This document shows, one piece after another, positions 23,217 to 33,535 of a stretch of DNA of 34,707 nucleotides. Where the stretch lies: positions 1-34,707 of the forward strand of contig CAMBEY010000003.1 of assembly GCA_945865705.1 (NCBI GenBank), given 5' to 3'. The stretch comes from Candidatus Sulfopaludibacter sp. SbA3. GTDB taxonomy: Bacteria; Acidobacteriota; Terriglobia; 2-12-FULL-54-10. The translations under genes were made by a program, and so were the position numbers. Under the pieces are notes generated by a model. It searched no databases, was not told the origin of the DNA, and was given only the letters and a program-made list of their open reading frames with translations. Position 1 is the stretch's first letter. Each line of letters starts with the position of its first letter.

Positions 23217-23674
23217 ATTGGTAAAGTGAGTGCTGCTTAACTCAAGGTGAAAAGAAGTGAAGAACCATTGTACAGCGGTCACCCAACCAGGTCGCCGTCA
23301 AACGAGCCAGTCCGCGTCCATTTTGGAGGCTGCCGCACACGCGACAAATTGACCAAATTATCGGCATTGCCCAAATTGCAAACATTTACGGTTTTGACCA
23401 AAGAATCCACAGAATCGGCAATTTTCACTGGAGTCGTAGCAATTCCCGCCTGCATTTCCAATATCACTTTTGCTTATACTCATCCAGATCGGCAACTGCG
23501 CTTTTTCCGGTTCCCACGGACGAAAAAAGTGCCGCAATTGGTCTCGGCAGCGATGTGGGAAAGCATGGTTTCCAACTCCGGCGTGAAATTGACTTTCCTG
23601 CGGCAAAACTACCGCCGCGAGTAGCCCCTGTCAACGATCATCGAGGACGATCACCAAGGACTGCCTGCCGAACA

Positions 23675-23879
23675 ATCCCCGCAGGGGATACAGGAGGATA
23701 GCCGGGGGCAACGCCCCCGGTTACGATGCCCCGCATCCATTCCGACCCTGTAAGGGTCGCACAGAAACGTCGCATGAGCGCGGTGCCCGACGGGTGCGAC
23801 CCTTTCAGGGTCGGTGTTCGTTCGGGTACGGTGACCGGGGGCGATGCCCCCGGCTATCCTATCCATCCCCTCCGGGGAT
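23675..23879. repeat. Long nested palindromic element, REP family D
   Basis: Sub-hairpins atcccc-gca-ggggat / ccgggggcaacgcccccgg / cgaccctgtaagggtcg are mirrored by cgaccctttcagggtcg / ccgggggcgatgcccccgg / atcccc-tcc-ggggat. Confidence 0.85.
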
Positions 23880-23970
23880 ATTTCCATCAATGATCGGCAT
23901 GCTGATTGATTTCGCGGTAAGCTATCGAACGGAGTCCCTTGCTCAATCACTTGGGAACAGAGAATTTACT

Positions 23971-24633
23971 ATGGATCGCCCACTCTTAATCTCGATGCTC
24001 GCCGAGCATATCGCCCACACCAGTCGATCTCACCCAATCCGGATTGCCATTGACGGCGTGGACGGCGCCGGTAAAACTACATTGGCCGATGAACTGGTAG
24101 AACCGATTATCGCTCTCGGTCGCACTGTAATTCGATCTTCCATTGACGGATTTCACAATCCTCGCGCCGTTCGCTACCAACTTGGCCGTGAATCTCCGGA
24201 AGGTTTCTATCACGACTCATTCAATTATTCGTCGCTCACGAAGTTACTTCTTCAACCGCTTGGACCTTCCGGCTCCCGGCGATTTCGGCGGGCGACGTTT
24301 AACTATCGGATGGATGCCGCTGTGGAGATGGAAACAGAAACGGCGGAGGTTGACGAGATTCTCTTGTTCGACGGAATATTTTTACTTCGCCCAGAACTCA
24401 AGAATTACTGGGATATCACCATATTTCTCGAAGTCCCGTTTGAGGTAACTTTTTCTCGCATGGCGGTTCGCGATGGATGCTCTCCAGACATTGCGGCAAG
24501 GGAAAATCGCCGGTACGTGGAAGGTCAGCGGCTTTACCTGGAGTCTTGTGATCCTAAAGGGACAGCTGATATTGTCATCAACAACAGCGAACTCGCCGAG
24601 CCTAAAATTATCAAGTGGCCTTCGGGCTCTTAA
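23971..24633 (+). CDS. Uridine kinase-like P-loop nucleoside kinase
   Basis: IAIDGVDGAGKTT Walker A, SIDGFH, LLFDGIFL, RMAVRDG; ATG at 23971 (upstream extension in the track is REP sequence). Confidence 0.85.
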   Translation: MDRPLLISMLAEHIAHTSRSHPIRIAIDGVDGAGKTTLADELVEPIIALGRTVIRSSIDGFHNPRAVRYQLGRESPEGFYHDSFNYSSLTKLLLQPLGPSGSRRFRRATFNYRMDAAVEMETETAEVDEILLFDGIFLLRPELKNYWDITIFLEVPFEVTFSRMAVRDGCSPDIAARENRRYVEGQRLYLESCDPKGTADIVINNSELAEPKIIKWPSGS

Positions 24634-24650
24634 ACTTTCCCTCAGACACT

Positions 24651-24783
24651 CTACGCCAGCACTTCCTTCTGCTTGAATTCGCGGATTTTGTCGCGCAATA
24701 TGGCGGCGCGCTCGAACTCGAATTTCTTGGCGGCTTCGCGCATCTCTTTGTCGAGGCGGGCGAGATAATCGGCGCGCTCCTCC
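24651..24783 (-). pseudogene. uvrB: Duplicated 3' end of uvrB (copy 2, 133 bp)
   Basis: Matches 26625-26757 with 3 mismatches; encodes [43 protein letters not shown]-stop. Confidence 0.92.
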
Positions 24784-24968
24784 GGAGTCGCGGCTCGGAT
24801 ACACCATTCCACAGATCGTTCTGGAAGTGGTCTCGGAATGGGTCAAGACTTGGAAGTCCTGCCGAAGAGTCTATATATATCCTGCGCCCGGATTTGTCAG
24901 GGAGTGGCTCCGGCGCAGGTGATATACTTGGCGTCAGAGCGACTTGCAAGTAGTGAGGGAGCAACCGC

Positions 24969-25190
24969 ATGACGCACCGCTTTACCGTCGTCTTTGAAAA
25001 GGAAGATGTTGGCGGCTTTCACGTTTTTTGTCCCACGCTGCCGGGCTGCCACACCCAGAGCGAGACCATCGAAGAAGGCATCCTCAACATCCAGGAAGCG
25101 ATCTCTCTTTACGTCGAGAGCCTCATTGAAGACGGCCAGCCCGTTCCGCACGAAGACATCTTCATCAAGCCCGTCGAGATCACCGTTTGA
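24969..25190 (+). CDS. hicB: HicB-family antitoxin (short, no DNA-binding domain)
   Basis: FHVFCPTLPGCHTQSETIEE...IQEAISLYVE signature; 73 aa. Confidence 0.88.
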   Translation: MTHRFTVVFEKEDVGGFHVFCPTLPGCHTQSETIEEGILNIQEAISLYVESLIEDGQPVPHEDIFIKPVEITV

Positions 25191-25417
25191 GCCCCAAGCT
25201 TCCCGCCGTCACCGCCCGGCAGGTGGCGTCCGTGGCGCAGCGGCTGGGATTTGAATTGCGCCGCCAACGCGGTAGCCACGCCGTTTACGTCCGCGCATCG
25301 GACCACGCCCGCGTGGTAATTTCCATGCACGGCGGAACCATCCTGAAGCCCAAAACCCTCCGCGGCATCATCGAAGACCTGCAACTCACCGTCGACGAAT
25401 TCCGCAACATGCTGTAA
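25187..25417 (+). CDS. hicA: HicA-family mRNA interferase toxin
   Basis: LGFELRRQRGSHAVY, SMHG, LKPKTLRGI; 4-nt overlap with hicB. Confidence 0.9.
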   Translation: MSPKLPAVTARQVASVAQRLGFELRRQRGSHAVYVRASDHARVVISMHGGTILKPKTLRGIIEDLQLTVDEFRNML

Positions 25418-25513
25418 TGGACTCCGCACTGCCGAAGGCCCAAGCGTAGCCGCAGGCGGAGCGGGCTCAATAGACTATTTAATTAAATGCTTTGCCGAGA
25501 TACAATTCTTGCC

Positions 25514-25924
25514 ATGAGTAAACACGAAACGCCGATGATCCAATGGTTTTGGGATCGAGAAGGAGGAACTCTGATTGAGGAGTATGAGATTTGCAAAAAG
25601 GAGTTCACTTATGCCCGCCGATTGATAGATGCAATCATCTTACCTACGGGGCAAAGAGTCAGACTCGAAGGTAAAGGTCGAAATGAAATTAACTTAGAGC
25701 AGCAAGATGTTGTTGTCGTCCAAGCAAAAGCCTATCGGCTCGGCATGTATCTGATGGGGCAAGCGCTGTTCTCTGCGGAACTTGTCAAGGCTCTCAAACC
25801 AAGATCGATCCGAACCGTCGCTCTCTGCAAGTACGACGATTCCATGCTGCGTCCATTGGCAGAAAAGTATGGGATCGAGGTAGTAATCACTCCAAATCCT
25901 CTACCCAAACACCTCCACCAGTAA
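25514..25924 (+). CDS. Hypothetical protein, PD-(D/E)XK nuclease-like
   Basis: EE...RLIDAII...VVQAK...MGQAL pattern; TACAAT 7 nt before ATG 25514; visibly lower GC. Confidence 0.6.
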   Translation: MSKHETPMIQWFWDREGGTLIEEYEICKKEFTYARRLIDAIILPTGQRVRLEGKGRNEINLEQQDVVVVQAKAYRLGMYLMGQALFSAELVKALKPRSIRTVALCKYDDSMLRPLAEKYGIEVVITPNPLPKHLHQ

Positions 25925-25932
25925 CTCCTCAG

Positions 25933-26024
25933 CTACGCCAGCACTTCGCGTTGCTTGAATTCGCGGATTTTGTCGCGCAATATCGCCGCGCGCTCGAACT
26001 CGAATTTCTTGGCGGATTCGCGCA
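25933..26024 (-). pseudogene. uvrB: Duplicated 3' end of uvrB (copy 3, 92 bp, more diverged)
   Basis: Matches 26625-26716 with 8 mismatches; encodes [29 protein letters not shown]-stop. Confidence 0.9.
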
Positions 26025-26062
26025 CGGCTTGTAAGGTTGCACTGGCTCGCTGTTGGAGGAAG

Positions 26063-26326
26063 CTAGAACCGGCGATAGACGTCCCGGCGGTGGCCTACTT
26101 TCACGACCAATACGATTAACAATTCATCGCGGACTTGGTAGATGACCCGGTACTTTCCGGCGCGAATTCGGTAAACCGATTTGTGCCCCTTCAGCGCCTT
26201 CATCCCAACGGGACGAGGATCACCGGCTAGTGCGCAAATCTGCTTGTCTACTCGCTGGCGGTCTTTGGTTGGCAGCGCGGCTAGTTCGCGCTCGGCCGAG
26301 GGCAGAATTTCGAGAGTGTATTTCAC
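26063..26326 (-). CDS. relE: RelE/ParE-family toxin
   Basis: DPRPVGMKALKG...YRIRAGKYRVIY...VKVGHRRDVYR. Confidence 0.9.
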   Translation of the reverse strand: MKYTLEILPSAERELAALPTKDRQRVDKQICALAGDPRPVGMKALKGHKSVYRIRAGKYRVIYQVRDELLIVLVVKVGHRRDVYRRF

Positions 26327-26583
26327 CGGAGTCCGAGGCGCTTGCGCGCCTGCTCGTAAGGGATGGGAATCTCTTTCGGGTCTTTCAATCGCTTGGCGGC
26401 TTCCTTGGCATCGAGGCGATCCTGCAATTCTTCCTGCTCGAGTATGCCCAGATCATCAATGGGCACGATCACCGCGATGTCCTTGCCGCCGCGTCGCAAC
26501 ACAACGCGCTCATGCTTCGCCGCCACGCGATCCAGAATTTCCGGCAACTGGCCCTGCGCCTTCGATGCAGTCATGCGTGTCAT
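26323..26583 (-). CDS. Phd/YefM-family antitoxin
   Basis: TASKAQGQLPEILDRV...RVVLRRGGKDIAVIVP, acidic C-terminus; overlaps toxin start; TGGTAAAAT 6 nt before ATG. Confidence 0.85.
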   Translation of the reverse strand: MTRMTASKAQGQLPEILDRVAAKHERVVLRRGGKDIAVIVPIDDLGILEQEELQDRLDAKEAAKRLKDPKEIPIPYEQARKRLGLR

Positions 26584-26624
26584 AGCTGGATTTTACCACA
26601 CTGCGTAAACAGCCGTTTCCGCCG

Positions 26625-28604
<1,980 letters not shown>

Positions 28605-28652
28605 CTGGCTTCCTCTGCCTCGGACTCTGTCTTGAGTTTCGCAAGCAACACA

Positions 28653-29528
28653 TCATTTGGCGAGCAATTTGCGGGCCTCCGCCAACTCCCGCCGGTGCTC
28701 GGCAGTCGAGGCGGGATAAGTCAGCTTCAGCTTGCGCAACGTTTCCACGATCACCCGCGAAACGATCAGACGCGAGTTTTTCTTGTCATCGGCAGGCACC
28801 ACATACCACGGCGCGCGGCGTGTGCTGGTCCCTTCCAGACAATCCTCATACGCCTTCTGGTACTCCTTCCAGAATTTCCTTTCATTGACGTCGCCCATGT
28901 TGAATTTCCAGTTTTTCTCCGGGTCGGCAATGCGCTCGAGAAACCGCCGTCGCTGCTCGTCCTTCGACACATGGAGGAAAAATTTGACGACCTGTGTGCC
29001 GTTGCGGTGAAGATGATCCTCCATCTCCACAATGGACCGGTAGCGTTGCTCCCAAATCTTTTTCCCGTCCTGCAATTGCTCGGGCAACGCCTCGGCGCGA
29101 AGAATCTCGGGATGCACCTTCACGATCAAGACTTCTTCATAGTAGGACCGATTGAATATCCCGATGCGCCCGCGCTCGGGCAGAGACCGCGTCGTCCTCC
29201 AAAGGAAATCGTGGTCCAACTCCTCCGCGCTGGGATGTTTGAAGCTGAAGACCTGACACCCCTGCGGATTCACTCCCGACATCACATGCCGGATCACCCC
29301 GTCCTTCCCCGCGGCGTCCATGGCCTGAAAGATCAGCAGCAGCGAGTAGCGGTTGTGCGCATAGAGCAGGTTCTGCAGTGCCTTCATTTCCTCCACGTTT
29401 TTCGCCAGACGCGCCTCGTAGTCTTCCTTTGAATCATAAAGGGGCGCCCCCTTGGTCAGCCGCTCCTTCAGCCGCACGGCTTCGCCTTCCTCCACACGGA
29501 ACTCGTCGGACTTACAATTCCGTTTCAT
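28653..29528 (-). CDS. ppk2: Polyphosphate kinase 2 family protein (class III-like)
   Basis: [36 protein letters not shown]. Confidence 0.92.
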   Translation of the reverse strand: MKRNCKSDEFRVEEGEAVRLKERLTKGAPLYDSKEDYEARLAKNVEEMKALQNLLYAHNRYSLLLIFQAMDAAGKDGVIRHVMSGVNPQGCQVFSFKHPSAEELDHDFLWRTTRSLPERGRIGIFNRSYYEEVLIVKVHPEILRAEALPEQLQDGKKIWEQRYRSIVEMEDHLHRNGTQVVKFFLHVSKDEQRRRFLERIADPEKNWKFNMGDVNERKFWKEYQKAYEDCLEGTSTRRAPWYVVPADDKKNSRLIVSRVIVETLRKLKLTYPASTAEHRRELAEARKLLAK

Positions 29529-29834
29529 GGGTCCCTCGTTTCATTCCTGCTTCAACCGGTGATCGCCCACCCACGACAAGCTGCGCAATCGCGGCAGGCT
29601 GATCGCCCCGCGGATGATAATTGCTGACAAGACTGAACGCCATAGTTGTCTGTGGGACGGTAAGTGGAAACTTTCCCAGTAAGCATTATACCAGCGTGGC
29701 GGAATCTCCTATGGCGCAGATCTCCCAGATGAAAGTGGTGCATTTCCTTTTCAGGATACGGAAACGAATAGGCACGTCGAGCCCAGTCCGGGCGAATTAA
29801 TAGGGGATAGATCCTCCGCCGTGGATAGCCCATG

Positions 29835-30815
29835 TTAGGATTTTTTCCTGCGCGAATAGTGCTTGCCGAACTCCTGCAAGATATTCGGATCGTAAAATCG
29901 TTGCATTGAAGTCGTGGGGCTGCCAGGGTTCAGGCGTCGCTCGAATACATATTTTTTATCCTTCTCAAGAACTTGGCGGCGCTTGTGGAACTCCTTATTA
30001 ACAATAAAGTTCTCGTAGCGTCTCCTCATCGCGCTCACGAGGGCCTTATAAGTCATCGAGTATTTCTTGAGGATATCCTCTTCGCGAACGGTGAGCACCG
30101 GTGCGCTTGGGTCGTCGGTCCAGCGAAATTCGACGGCTGCTGCGTCTTTGCCCCTTACGAGCTTTGTCTCAAGCCGAAGGGCGACGTGCTGTTTGCATTC
30201 CGTGCCAGGCTCCTCTTGTTCGAGTGAGTCCAAGAAGGCAAGTAGGTTCCTGATTTGTTCTGGGTATTGAGCTCGAGAGGCCGGTTCCACCGATTCGAAG
30301 CCGTGGTAGAAGGAGAGCGGCATTAGGAAGAAGTTGTAACTGGTTAGATCGAGTTGAAACCACTCGGTAGCGAGCAGCAAGTAGTTGCGAAGTGATGCAG
30401 TGCCGATTTCCAGAACTCGCCGCCCGATGTATAAGTCTTTATTTATAAAGTGAGCCGCATTGTCTCGAATCTCTATCAATGCGAGGATATTGTCGCGACA
30501 ACCTTGTTCTAAGCCCGAGTTCTTGTCTTCAAGTAGCTTAACTGCTAGGTAGCTCGCACTGTGGGAAAACGCGTTCCCGCTTCGGTTGGTTTTCGGGATC
30601 TTCTTGCCTGTTCCGTCGTCAGTTAGCTCATACAGGGACTCGACGACCTCGCCATGGTCAACGACCCACTTCGCCTTCAGCAGCAACTCCCACGCGTTCG
30701 TCATGAGCAAGGCGAACGCCTCTTCGCGATACAAGAAGTTGGGCTTGTTATAAATCTCGATCGCTGCGATTGCAGCGTGGATAGACTTCTGGCTGAGGTC
30801 GGCACTGAGAGTCAT
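29835..30815 (-). CDS. DUF3644-like HEPN-domain protein
   Basis: AIEIYNKPNF.YREEAF...NAWELLLKA and RDNAAH (Rx4H); start uncertain (30815 or 30842); lower GC. Confidence 0.75.
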   Translation of the reverse strand: MTLSADLSQKSIHAAIAAIEIYNKPNFLYREEAFALLMTNAWELLLKAKWVVDHGEVVESLYELTDDGTGKKIPKTNRSGNAFSHSASYLAVKLLEDKNSGLEQGCRDNILALIEIRDNAAHFINKDLYIGRRVLEIGTASLRNYLLLATEWFQLDLTSYNFFLMPLSFYHGFESVEPASRAQYPEQIRNLLAFLDSLEQEEPGTECKQHVALRLETKLVRGKDAAAVEFRWTDDPSAPVLTVREEDILKKYSMTYKALVSAMRRRYENFIVNKEFHKRRQVLEKDKKYVFERRLNPGSPTTSMQRFYDPNILQEFGKHYSRRKKS

Positions 30816-30924
30816 AAAGAAACCGGTAGCCGCAGCGAACATTTTTCCTCGCCGCAGGTTCTCCTGCTAGCATACGGAAACTTAATGCCCAAGGCAAAAG
30901 TATCCTTATGCCGTGGTTGGTAAC

Positions 30925-31326
30925 TCACACTTTGCGTTTTCGCCGGTACGCATCGAGTGTGCTGACCCGACCGTGATGGATATCGTCGAGACCCCGGCGA
31001 ATGGCCTGCAAGTCAGCAGAAGAGAGCGGCTTGTCATCGTATCTCGGCTTTAGCGTGAGATTGTAACGGAGTAGCTCGCGGAGATACCCGGGGTCTTTGT
31101 TGTAGTCCAGGAACTGGTCGGCCAGCAGGGAATCTTCGCGGCCGGATTTCAGCGTGTAGGTAAATCCCTCCCGCGCCAGTTCCCGATCAACATAAATGTT
31201 CACGATTGGATCGTGCGCGGTGGGCTGCGCGTCCGCTTTCGCGTAGGGGAGGAACCACTCTTTGCCTTTGGCCTTTATTGCAAAGAGCTTCTTGCGGTTG
31301 TTGTAGGTAACGGAACGAATCTTCAT
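30925..31326 (-). CDS. Hypothetical protein, probable antitoxin-related chimera
   Basis: ATG at 31326; N-terminal MKIRSVTYNNRKK...DYNKDPGYLRELL followed by an antitoxin-like tail DDKPLSSADLQAIRRGLDDIHHGRV. Confidence 0.55.
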   Translation of the reverse strand: MKIRSVTYNNRKKLFAIKAKGKEWFLPYAKADAQPTAHDPIVNIYVDRELAREGFTYTLKSGREDSLLADQFLDYNKDPGYLRELLRYNLTLKPRYDDKPLSSADLQAIRRGLDDIHHGRVSTLDAYRRKRKV

Positions 31327-31360
31327 TGATTCCCACAATCTACCATGGCCATTAGGCGCC

Positions 31361-31472
31361 TGTCATTCCGAGCGCAGCGAGGAATCTGCTTTCCGCGTTG
31401 ACCGGGCGGGTCCGCTTGCTGACGCGCGCGGCTCTGATGAAAAACAGATTCCTCGCTGCGCTCGGAATGACA
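31361..31472. repeat. REP-like inverted repeat, family B, with a family A half-element in its loop
   Basis: Perfect 28-bp arms 31361-31388 and 31445-31472; ccgcttgctgacgcgcgcggctctg at 31412-31436. Confidence 0.9.
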
Positions 31473-31505
31473 AACTAAAAAAGACAGTGTAAAGAAGACG
31501 CCTCG

Positions 31506-32621
31506 CTACTTCGCGGGCACTTCAAAGCGCTGGCCGACCAGCTCCTCGGCTTTGGCGCCGGGTTTGGGTTTGAATTTCTGGATGCGGCCGATATGCACGT
31601 CGGCGATGTAGAAATTATTCGCTTCGTCCACGCTGAACTGGTGCGGGCCCCAGATGCCGCCGGGCCAACTGCCGAAGGTGCCCCAGTGGAACAGCAGTTT
31701 GCCGTTCAAGTCGTACTTGAGAATTTTGTTGGTGTAGCCGTCGCCCACCCAGAGGTGCTGGTCCTTGGACATATAAATGTAATAGGGGAAGCGCAGGTTG
31801 TTCCACTCTTCGAGATACTTGCCGTTCTTGTCGAAAATCTGCACGCGAGAGTTGGCGCGGTCGCCGACGTACACGCGCTCCTGATTGTCGATCGCGATGC
31901 CGTGCACGGTGTTGAACTGGCTTGGCCCCTTGCCGGGCTTGCCCCATTCGAGCAGATACTGTCCGTCTTTATTGAACTTCACGACGCGGGTGTTGGTGTA
32001 ACCGTCGCTGACGAAGAAGTCGCCGTTGGGCAGCCAGGCGATGTCGGTGGGCCGTCCAAAGTGAGTCTTGTCACTGCCGGCAACGCGGAACTCACCCAGA
32101 GTCATCAGGAGTTTCTTGCCGTCGTTGCTGAATTTGTAGATGGAGTGCGCGCCATCGTCGATGAGCCAGACGTTGCGTTCGGCGTCGTAAGGATTCATCA
32201 CCACGCGGTGGGGGCGCACGAAGAGCTTGTTGTGCTGCTCCCAGCTCTCCACCATCTTGCCGTTGCGGTCAAACACCATCAGCACATGATCCCAGCGCGG
32301 GAACATCTTGGGGTCTTCGGCGGAGAGCGAATAGCCCGAAGCGTTGCGCTCCGGCAGGATGGTGCCGGTGGCCTTGGCCGTTGGCAGGCAGCCGCGCGCA
32401 TAGACGAACACGCGATCCTGGCTCTGCGCCCACACGCCGCCGACGGAGCCGATCTGGAAGCCGTCGCCGCAGACGTTCAGCGGCCAGGCGGTGTCCACGT
32501 CATAGGGGCCGGTCTCGTACTCCCCGCCCCTCTGCGTGTAGCCGGTGATGGAAATGGCGAGTGAAAAAATCAAAGTCCAATGAAGCATCCGCAACCGTGC
32601 GGCGCGGCGAGTGCTGGGCAT
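31506..32621 (-). CDS. Exported NHL-repeat beta-propeller (peptidyl-alpha-hydroxyglycine alpha-amidating lyase-like)
   Basis: RPH, FGRPTDIA...VSDGYTNTRV, FNTVHGIA...VGDRANSRVQIF, WGPHQF repeats; signal-like N-terminus. Confidence 0.88.
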   Translation of the reverse strand: MPSTRRAARLRMLHWTLIFSLAISITGYTQRGGEYETGPYDVDTAWPLNVCGDGFQIGSVGGVWAQSQDRVFVYARGCLPTAKATGTILPERNASGYSLSAEDPKMFPRWDHVLMVFDRNGKMVESWEQHNKLFVRPHRVVMNPYDAERNVWLIDDGAHSIYKFSNDGKKLLMTLGEFRVAGSDKTHFGRPTDIAWLPNGDFFVSDGYTNTRVVKFNKDGQYLLEWGKPGKGPSQFNTVHGIAIDNQERVYVGDRANSRVQIFDKNGKYLEEWNNLRFPYYIYMSKDQHLWVGDGYTNKILKYDLNGKLLFHWGTFGSWPGGIWGPHQFSVDEANNFYIADVHIGRIQKFKPKPGAKAEELVGQRFEVPAK

Positions 32622-32744
32622 AAGCGTCCTCCTGCAATTTGATCCCGGCGGGCCGGGTACGAAAGAGAATACAAGTTCCGTTGGGCGAGTTCAAGCAAGT
32701 GCGGCTAAGCCAGCTAAATCGATTCTAAAACTGTTGTGCAACGT

Positions 32745-32825
32745 TGTCATCCTGAGCAGAGCGAAGGATATGCTTTTTCTCCAAGCGTGTCGGAAAGCAT
32801 ATCCTTCGCTCCGCTCAGGATGACA
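32745..32825. repeat. REP-like inverted repeat, family B
   Basis: 32-bp arms tgtcatcctgagcagagcgaaggatatgcttt / aaagcatatccttcgctccgctcaggatgaca, 1 mismatch. Confidence 0.9.
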
Positions 32826-32851
32826 GCCCATGGAGGGTTCCTGAAATGACG

Positions 32852-33331
32852 TTACGCGGCAGGCGGCGCCAGCACCACCGAAGACGTCAGCTCGATCGCG
32901 CCGCGCAGGGTGCGATAGAGCGGGCAGGACATGGCGTAGATTCCATGCACCCGCTCGACTGTCTCGCGCACCGCCTCCGGAGCAACAAGCGTCAGGGCCA
33001 CGTGAATGCGCCGGATGACCAGCACATTGTCCTCCGTCTCCACCTCGCCGGTTACCTCGGCTGAGAGACGGCCTTCATCGGGATCAATCTTGCGCGCTGC
33101 CAGCGCGCCTCCAAAGGTGCCCAGCATTCAGCCGGCGGTGGCGGCGATCACATAGTCGATGGTGGCGGCGTGGCTCTCGCTAATTTTCTCCGGCGGAACG
33201 TTGTAATGCTCGGCGATGGCCCCATGCACGCTGAAATGCACCGGCTGCGGCTCGCCCGGCAGATACGCAATGCGCAGCGGCCCGGTCTTGCGCACGATGC
33301 GCGATTTTGAAACATAGACGACATCAGACAT
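32852..33331 (-). CDS. OsmC/Ohr-like protein, probable selenoprotein (Sec at UGA 33130-33128), 159 aa
   Basis: Track ORFs 33128-33331 and 32852-33127 abut in the same frame; IDYVIAATAG-UGA-MLGTF puts UGA at the first OsmC catalytic Cys; second Cys in SCPLYRTL. Confidence 0.8.
33092..33108 (-). promoter_or_regulatory. Candidate bacterial SECIS hairpin
   Basis: GCGCGCU-GGC-AGCGCGC begins 19 nt after the UGA, with G opening the apical loop. Confidence 0.55.
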
Positions 33332-33386
33332 GGCACACCCCCATCCGCCAGCCTAGCGAACCAACGGGATTACTCCAAATGAATAA

Positions 33387-33482
33387 TTTCGTGACAGAGC
33401 CGCGACCGGAAGGGGGCGGAGCTTAGAAAACATTGCAGACTTCCAACCACCGCTCCCTCCCGGTCGCGGCTCTGTCACGAAA
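33387..33482. repeat. REP-like inverted repeat, family A
   Basis: 33-bp arms 33387-33419 and 33450-33482, 2 mismatches; core gccgcgacc..agggagcgg shared with 1-74. Confidence 0.88.
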
Positions 33483-33535
33483 CGCCCGCGCCACGTCGGG
33501 TTGCGGGCGGTAGCCGCGCCAAGCGAGAATGGGGC

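Noticed and set aside
23794-23970. N-terminal extension of the uridine-kinase-like ORF
   Set aside because: Runs through the family D palindrome; the domain starts at Met 23971.
24793-24890. Plus-strand peptide TIPQIVLEVVS resembling a Uma2 nuclease fragment
   Set aside because: Similarity is too short to support without a search.
28605-28700. LexA box upstream of uvrB
   Set aside because: No CTGT-N8-ACAG, GAAC-N4-GTTC or GTTC-N7-GTTC match seen.
29552-29833. 93-aa minus-strand ORF after the HEPN gene as a partner gene
   Set aside because: No recognisable motif; more likely a gene fragment, so not listed as a CDS.
32852-33331. Two separate small genes or a nonsense pseudogene
   Set aside because: The stop is UGA, in frame, at the catalytic Cys position with a downstream hairpin; Sec recoding explains it better.
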